The position numbers were made by a program, and so were the translations under genes. A DNA stretch of 27,930 nt from a virus (taxonomy: Duplodnaviria > Heunggongvirae > Uroviricota > Caudoviricetes): IMG/VR virus record IMGVR_UViG_3300027712_000017; one strand, given 5' to 3'. Position 1 is the first letter of the stretch. Each line of letters starts with the position of its first letter. Shown one piece after another: positions 24,574 to 27,930 of this stretch. The notes under the pieces were generated by a model, which had not been told where the DNA came from, searched no databases, and saw only the letters and a program-made list of their open reading frames with translations.

Positions 24574-24646
24574 GCTTTCGCCGGCGGATCCGGTGGCGGG
24601 TCTACGAAGCCTGCTTACGAATGTTCGACTCATTCCGGGAGCGCCA
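24574..24646 (+). tRNA. tRNA-Arg(ACG) with shortened D-arm
   Basis: GCTTTCG/CGGGAGC, GCGGGT-CTACGAA-GCCTGC, CCA. Confidence 0.78.
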
Positions 24647-24652
24647 TAATAT

Positions 24653-24729
24653 GTTCCTTGTAGGCCAATCGGTAGAGCCTCGTGACGCGCGCCACGAAGA
24701 TGGAGGTTCGAATCCTCCCAGGGACACCA
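24653..24729 (+). tRNA. tRNA of undetermined identity (8-nt loop ACGCGCGC, no U33)
   Basis: Canonical D-loop GGTA, T-arm GGAGG-TTCGAAT-CCTCC and CCA; TCGTG/CACGA stem. Confidence 0.6.
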
Positions 24730-24734
24730 ATAAT

Positions 24735-24805
24735 GCTTCTACCGCTGGGACGGGTTAGGTCTTCTAAGCCGAAAACGGAAGGTTCGATTCCTTCTAGGAG
24801 CTCCA
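24735..24805 (+). tRNA. tRNA-Arg(TCT) with shortened D-arm
   Basis: GCTTCTA/TAGGAGC, loop CTTCTAA, GAAGG-TTCGATT-CCTTC, CCA. Confidence 0.75.
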
Positions 24806-24812
24806 ATACAAT

Positions 24813-24887
24813 GCTGGATAAGGTGTAATGGTTGCATCCCTCACTGTGACTGAGGTGGACGTGGTTCGATCCCACTATCCAGTACCA
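24813..24887 (+). tRNA. tRNA-His(GTG), A73, no encoded G-1
   Basis: CCTCA-CTGTGAC-TGAGG; GCTGGAT/ATCCAGT-A-CCA. Confidence 0.88.
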
Positions 24888-24888
24888 A

Positions 24889-25125
24889 TCAAGCTGCTAC
24901 AGATACGTCTGCGCTCTTAACAATATTTCTTACTACACCCGGTGAAATGATACGATGTCTAGGAACAGCGATGTTAGTTTTAGATTCTGGATGGTTCCAA
25001 ATATCGTGACCGCCGTGTGTTCGTTCCAGTGACCATCCACGAGTTTTCAAGTGTCTCGTTATATCTTTTTGTTTTAAATTAACATTTATTTCACGTTCGG
25101 TGATAAATTCTAAAAAGGTTAACAC
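24889..25125 (-). CDS. hicA: HicA-family RNase with T4 capsid-targeting-like N-terminus
   Basis: L..RGW...R.HGGH.IW.HP....IAVPRH..I.PG..RNI HicA pattern; GTG start with GGAG RBS; N-terminus MLTFLEFITE. Confidence 0.82.
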   Translation of the reverse strand: MLTFLEFITEREINVNLKQKDITRHLKTRGWSLERTHGGHDIWNHPESKTNIAVPRHRIISPGVVRNIVKSADVSVAA

Positions 25126-25150
25126 TTGCTTACTCCCGTTGATGTTATGT

Positions 25151-25158
25151 TATTTATA
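25151..25158 (-). promoter_or_regulatory. T4-type late promoter for hicA
   Basis: TATTTATA on + equals TATAAATA on -, 25 nt upstream of the start codon. Confidence 0.8.
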
Positions 25159-25218
25159 AATTTCAGGTGTAAGACTTATGCGCGACTTTTCGCGCACCGG
25201 AAATAAAAAATTCTTCGG

Positions 25219-25247
25219 TTGACATAAATACTAATACACTGTAATGT
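25219..25247 (+). promoter_or_regulatory. Sigma70-like promoter upstream of tRNA-Cys
   Basis: TTGACA-N17-TAATGT. Confidence 0.6.
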
Positions 25248-25254
25248 GTGTTAT

Positions 25255-25332
25255 GGTGTGGTGCTCGAGTGGCCCAAGGGAATGGATTGCAAATCCATAA
25301 AGTCGTGAGTTCGAATCTCACCCACACCTCCA
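25255..25332 (+). tRNA. tRNA-Cys(GCA)
   Basis: ATGGA-TTGCAAA-TCCAT, U73, CCA. Confidence 0.9.
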
Positions 25333-25338
25333 AACAAT

Positions 25339-25413
25339 GCTTCTATAGCTCAACGGAAGAGCGGCGGTCTTCGAAACCGTATGTTGTGGGTTCGAGTCCT
25401 GCTAGGAGCACCA
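25339..25413 (+). tRNA. tRNA-Arg(TCG)
   Basis: GCGGT-CTTCGAA-ACCGT, CCA. Confidence 0.9.
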
Positions 25414-25436
25414 AGAAACTAAAAGAAAGGCAACTC

Positions 25437-25808
25437 ATGAGAATGATCGCGGCAGCATTGCTTGCAGCGTCTTTGATGAGTTCTCCCACGACTGTGAAAG
25501 ATGCAACTTTCCATCCATCCTGCTACGCTGAAAGCGGTCGTGTAGTAACTGCGTCATGGTATAAACATGGCAAAGTGACTGCGAATGGAGAACACTTTAA
25601 CCCTGACGGGTTAACAGCAGCACATAAAAAATTACCCTTCGGTACACTTTTGTTGTTGACATATGAAGATAAATCTGTTATTGTGAGAATCAATGATAGA
25701 GGACCATTCATCAAAGGCAGAGAAATCGACCTATCAAAAGGCGCTGCTAAAGCGCTAGGTTGTATCGAAAAGGGAGTTTGCGATGTGCAGATGACCATTC
25801 TATTTTAA
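25437..25808 (+). CDS. RlpA-family (double-psi beta-barrel) lytic transglycosylase with signal peptide
   Basis: [40 protein letters not shown]; likely start at MRMIAAALL. Confidence 0.9.
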   Translation: MRMIAAALLAASLMSSPTTVKDATFHPSCYAESGRVVTASWYKHGKVTANGEHFNPDGLTAAHKKLPFGTLLLLTYEDKSVIVRINDRGPFIKGREIDLSKGAAKALGCIEKGVCDVQMTILF

Positions 25809-25811
25809 ATT

Positions 25812-25885
25812 GGCTCTATCGTATATAGGTATTACCTTCGGCTGTCCACCGAACGAAGGGGGTTCGAGTCCCCCTAGAGTCGCCA
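25812..25885 (+). tRNA. tRNA-Asp(GTC)
   Basis: TTCGG-CTGTCCA-CCGAA, G73, CCA. Confidence 0.9.
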
Positions 25886-25891
25886 AAATTA

Positions 25892-25956
25892 GGGATGAGT
25901 TCAGCAAAATTTTTAAGCAACAAACTTGTAATTTGTAAACGCTAAAAAATCATCCC
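25892..25956 (+). ncRNA. GTTCAGCAA hairpin element, copy 1, carrying a Thr(TGT)-like anticodon stem-loop
   Basis: GGGATGA/TCATCCC closing stem; ACAAA-CTTGTAA-TTTGT. Confidence 0.55.
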
Positions 25957-25973
25957 GTTGAACAAAAAATGTC

Positions 25974-26002
25974 TTGACATTAATAACAAAATGTCGTATA
26001 TA
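25974..26002 (+). promoter_or_regulatory. Sigma70-like promoter upstream of the initiator-like tRNA-Met
   Basis: TTGACA-N17-TATATA (TATAAT 4 nt further). Confidence 0.7.
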
Positions 26003-26026
26003 TAATACAACGATGAAAAGAATCAT

Positions 26027-26102
26027 TGCGGGGTAGAGAAGAGGCATCTCGACTGGCTCATACCCAGTAAATCGGAGGTTCGAGTCCTCCCCACCGCAAC
26101 CA
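26027..26102 (+). tRNA. tRNA-Met(CAT), initiator-like
   Basis: TGCGGGG...CCGCAACCA resembles tRNA-fMet; ACTGG-CTCATAC-CCAGT; bulged A in acceptor. Confidence 0.82.
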
Positions 26103-26111
26103 AAACAATGT

Positions 26112-26187
26112 TTCCAGTTAGCTCAGTTGGTAGAGCATCTGACTGTTAATCAGAGTGTCGCAGGTTCGAGCCCTGCACTGGGAGCCA
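26112..26187 (+). tRNA. tRNA-Asn(GTT)
   Basis: TCTGA-CTGTTAA-TCAGA, G73, CCA. Confidence 0.93.
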
Positions 26188-26204
26188 AATATCAAAGGTG
26201 CTGA

Positions 26205-26486
26205 ATGGGTAAATATTTCTCAAGAGTGTTTATCGCATTCAGTATCCTTATGAACGCTCTTGTCGGCGGTAAGAACAATCAAACTCTTAGCGCAGGACAA
26301 TGGCAGCGTAAACGAAAGAAGAAATGGAACTTTGTCAAAATGATTGACGCATTTTTCTGGTGGGAAAAAGATCACTGTGAAGATGCGTGGATCAAATGGC
26401 AAATCATTAACTATGCTATCAATCAATATGATGGTATTGCTGAACACTATTACAGCGGTATCAAGAAGAAGAAAAAGAAGAAATAA
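26205..26486 (+). CDS. Hypothetical protein (N..GG..NQTLSA, ID..F....HC) with poly-Lys tail
   Basis: 93-codon ORF with AAGGT RBS between tRNAs. Confidence 0.7.
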   Translation: MGKYFSRVFIAFSILMNALVGGKNNQTLSAGQWQRKRKKKWNFVKMIDAFFWWEKDHCEDAWIKWQIINYAINQYDGIAEHYYSGIKKKKKKK

Positions 26487-26487
26487 T

Positions 26488-26562
26488 CAGGGTGTAGCTC
26501 AGTGGTAGAGTGCTTCACTTGGAATGAAGAAGCCGCAAGTTCAATCCTTGTCACCCTGACCA
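26488..26562 (+). tRNA. tRNA-Pro(TGG)
   Basis: CAGGGTG/CACCCTG, CTTCA-CTTGGAA-TGAAG, CCA. Confidence 0.92.
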
Positions 26563-26568
26563 AAATTT

Positions 26569-26630
26569 AGGATCGGTTCAGCAAACAAAAACGCTAAATC
26601 AATGGATGTCTTAGCGGACAAAACGATCCT
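26569..26630 (+). ncRNA. GTTCAGCAA hairpin element, copy 2
   Basis: AGGATCG/CGATCCT closing stem, GTTCAGCAAA, inner CGCTAA/TTAGCG stem. Confidence 0.55.
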
Positions 26631-26632
26631 GT

Positions 26633-26640
26633 TATAAATA
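26633..26640 (+). promoter_or_regulatory. T4-type late promoter (tRNA-Ala, tRNA-Ser, PAAR)
   Basis: Exact TATAAATA. Confidence 0.75.
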
Positions 26641-26649
26641 AAAGACAAT

Positions 26650-26725
26650 GGGGAATTAGCTCATCTGGGAGAGCGATTGCTTTGCAAGCAATAGGTGATC
26701 GGTTCGAGGCCGATATTCTCCACCA
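26650..26725 (+). tRNA. tRNA-Ala(TGC)
   Basis: G3:U70, ATTGC-TTTGCAA-GCAAT, CCA. Confidence 0.93.
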
Positions 26726-26731
26726 AAATAC

Positions 26732-26819
26732 GGAGGGCTGGGCGAGTGGTTTATGCCTGCAGTCTTGAAAACTGCCGGACCGCAAGGTCCCGTGAGTTCG
26801 AATCTCACGCCCTCCGCCA
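26732..26819 (+). tRNA. tRNA-Ser(TGA)
   Basis: GCAGT-CTTGAAA-ACTGC, long variable arm, G73, CCA. Confidence 0.93.
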
Positions 26820-26834
26820 TATAAGGAATAAGAA

Positions 26835-27134
26835 ATGCCAGTGGTAGCGGTTGAAGGATCAGGTGTTGCAACAGGCCATCCATGTGATGGCGCAACGACA
26901 CTTGACACCCCATCACAAAGCAAAGTATTTGCAGGCGGCAAATTAGTCGCTTGTTTAGGCGATCCGACAGTTGTTCATCAGATTCTTGTTGGTATTCCTT
27001 GTGTTCCACATACTGCTTCAATAGGTGGTAGTTCATCTACGGTATTCATTGGCGGCATAGGTGTCGCAAGAGTATCAGATGCGTGTGACGCAGGTAGTAT
27101 CACATCAGGTGAGTCAACTGTTACAGTAGGTTAA
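26835..27134 (+). CDS. PAAR-domain tail spike tip protein (T4 gp5.4-like)
   Basis: GH.C, VF.GG..VA..GD...H, H...I..SSSTVFIGG..VARV.D..D.G.I..GE..V..G. Confidence 0.88.
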   Translation: MPVVAVEGSGVATGHPCDGATTLDTPSQSKVFAGGKLVACLGDPTVVHQILVGIPCVPHTASIGGSSSTVFIGGIGVARVSDACDAGSITSGESTVTVG

Positions 27135-27136
27135 AT

Positions 27137-27211
27137 GCGGATGTAGCTCAGAGGTAGAGCTTCTCGTTGCCAACGAGACGGTCACGGGTTCGAACCCCGT
27201 TATCCGCTCCA
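27137..27211 (+). tRNA. tRNA-Gly(GCC)
   Basis: TCTCG-TTGCCAA-CGAGA, U73, CCA. Confidence 0.92.
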
Positions 27212-27213
27212 AT

Positions 27214-27287
27214 GTCGGTGAAGTGTTATGGTAGCACGGCGGTCTCCAAAACCGCAAGCCAGAGTTCGACTCTCTGCACCCTCGCCA
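27214..27287 (+). tRNA. tRNA-Trp(CCA)
   Basis: GCGGT-CTCCAAA-ACCGC, G73, CCA; two acceptor mismatches. Confidence 0.88.
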
Positions 27288-27293
27288 AATTAT

Positions 27294-27368
27294 GGTCCGT
27301 TAGCGCAGCGGTAGCGCACCTCCTTTACATGGAGTAGGTCATCTGTTCGATCCAGATACGGACTACCA
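27294..27368 (+). tRNA. tRNA-Val(TAC)
   Basis: CTCC-TTTACAT-GGAG, CCA. Confidence 0.9.
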
Positions 27369-27374
27369 GATAAT

Positions 27375-27450
27375 GCCTTGGTGGTGAAATGGTAAACACA
27401 CCGGTCTTAGAAGCCGTAAGCTGAGAGTTCGAGTCTCTCCCGGGGCACCA
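27375..27450 (+). tRNA. tRNA-Leu(TAG) with short variable region
   Basis: GCCTTGG/CCGGGGC, loop CTTAGAA, 5-nt variable loop, CCA. Confidence 0.85.
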
Positions 27451-27466
27451 ATAATACATTAACTAT

Positions 27467-27554
27467 GCCGGCTTCCCGCCCCTAACTGAAAAGTTATAGA
27501 AAGCCGATAAAGGTGTCCTTCGGGGTGAGAGTTCGAGTCTCTCCATCCGCACCA
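27467..27554 (+). pseudogene. Orphan 3' half of a class II (Leu-like) tRNA fused to an unrelated hairpin
   Basis: TCC-TTCG-GGG arm, GAGAG-TTCGAGT-CTCTC, CATCCGC-A-CCA, but no matching 5' strand or anticodon arm. Confidence 0.5.
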
Positions 27555-27569
27555 ATAAAGAAAGAAGTT

Positions 27570-27698
27570 ATGCTAAAGAAGATTTGGTCTATTCTGTTAC
27601 CATTTACTGTCATAGTTAACTTCGGTTTAGCTATCAGCAATCTCATATCCACTAGATCAAATCATCAAATGTTGATAGAGCTTACTACTAAAAAATAG
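27570..27698 (+). CDS. Small putative membrane protein
   Basis: MLKK followed by a hydrophobic stretch; 42 codons. Confidence 0.4.
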   Translation: MLKKIWSILLPFTVIVNFGLAISNLISTRSNHQMLIELTTKK

Positions 27699-27707
27699 GA
27701 GGACTAT

Positions 27708-27923
27708 ATGCGTGATCGTGCGTTTCGTCGTTTCCAGGAAATCAAAAAGAAGAAATGGGTTGTTAAGATCTTTTCTCCTTGGCGACCTCTTGATGAATCT
27801 TCGATAGGACAGTTAGCCCATACTCCACACAATTGTTCTTGTCATATGTGCGGCAATCCTCGCAAGCACTGGAACGATAAGACGATGCAAGAAAAACGCA
27901 TCGACCAATACGAATACGAATAA
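27708..27923 (+). CDS. Hypothetical basic protein with CSCHMCGNPRK motif
   Basis: AGGAGG RBS; 71 codons; Cys cluster. Confidence 0.75.
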   Translation: MRDRAFRRFQEIKKKKWVVKIFSPWRPLDESSIGQLAHTPHNCSCHMCGNPRKHWNDKTMQEKRIDQYEYE

Positions 27924-27930
27924 CGCTGCT

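Noticed and set aside
25248-25436. N-terminal extension of the RlpA ORF in the ORF track
   Set aside because: It overlaps tRNA-Cys and tRNA-Arg; the likely start is the ATG at 25437 before the signal peptide.
25892-25956. preQ1-I riboswitch (tempting given the que genes)
   Set aside because: The A-rich tract lies inside, not after, the closing stem, and the element is not upstream of a que gene.
23197-27036. ORF-track entries overlapping tRNAs (e.g. 23197-23493, 23725-23949, 23765-23974, 24630-24875, 26594-26941, 26656-27036)
   Set aside because: These are translations of tRNA genes or their antisense strands, not proteins.
1-27930. Stop-codon reassignment or suppressor tRNAs
   Set aside because: Core genes are intact in the standard code and no CTA, TTA or TCA anticodon tRNA was found.

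Overview
This window is a segment of a large, AT-rich, T4-like lytic myophage genome, coded almost entirely on the + strand. It has four blocks. (1) A late head module (virion protein, gp21, gp22, gp23, a GIY-YIG homing endonuclease, gp3) driven by TATAAATA late promoters. (2) Recombination and late-transcription genes (uvsY, uvsW, gp55, gp47, gp46). (3) A degenerate peptide deformylase, then a complete 7-deazaguanine cluster (queD-queE-folE-TGT/DpdA-queF-queC-amidotransferase), a dNMP kinase, a glycosyltransferase-like gene and gp45-gp44-gp62-regA. (4) A ~5 kb array of about 26 tRNA genes covering 19 amino acids (Thr absent), mixed with unexplained structured RNAs and small CDSs (HicA, RlpA, PAAR). 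A tRNA-His with A73 and no G-1 hints at an alphaproteobacterial host (inference). The best novel candidate is a ribosome-sensing transcription attenuator in front of the tRNA array. Its 25-codon leader peptide has 15 different amino acids in the first 17 codons and overlaps mutually exclusive antiterminator/terminator hairpins, followed by an rrn-type boxA. This would be a general tRNA-depletion sensor that switches on the phage's replacement tRNAs. Other candidates: a late HicA RNase with a capsid-targeting-like leader, an overprinted gene inside uvsW, a basic peptide gene that would become non-stop when an abnormal long-variable-arm tRNA-Lys is processed, and several families of non-canonical tRNAs and ncRNAs. 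All calls were made by eye from motifs and base pairing; no database searches or folding programs were run.
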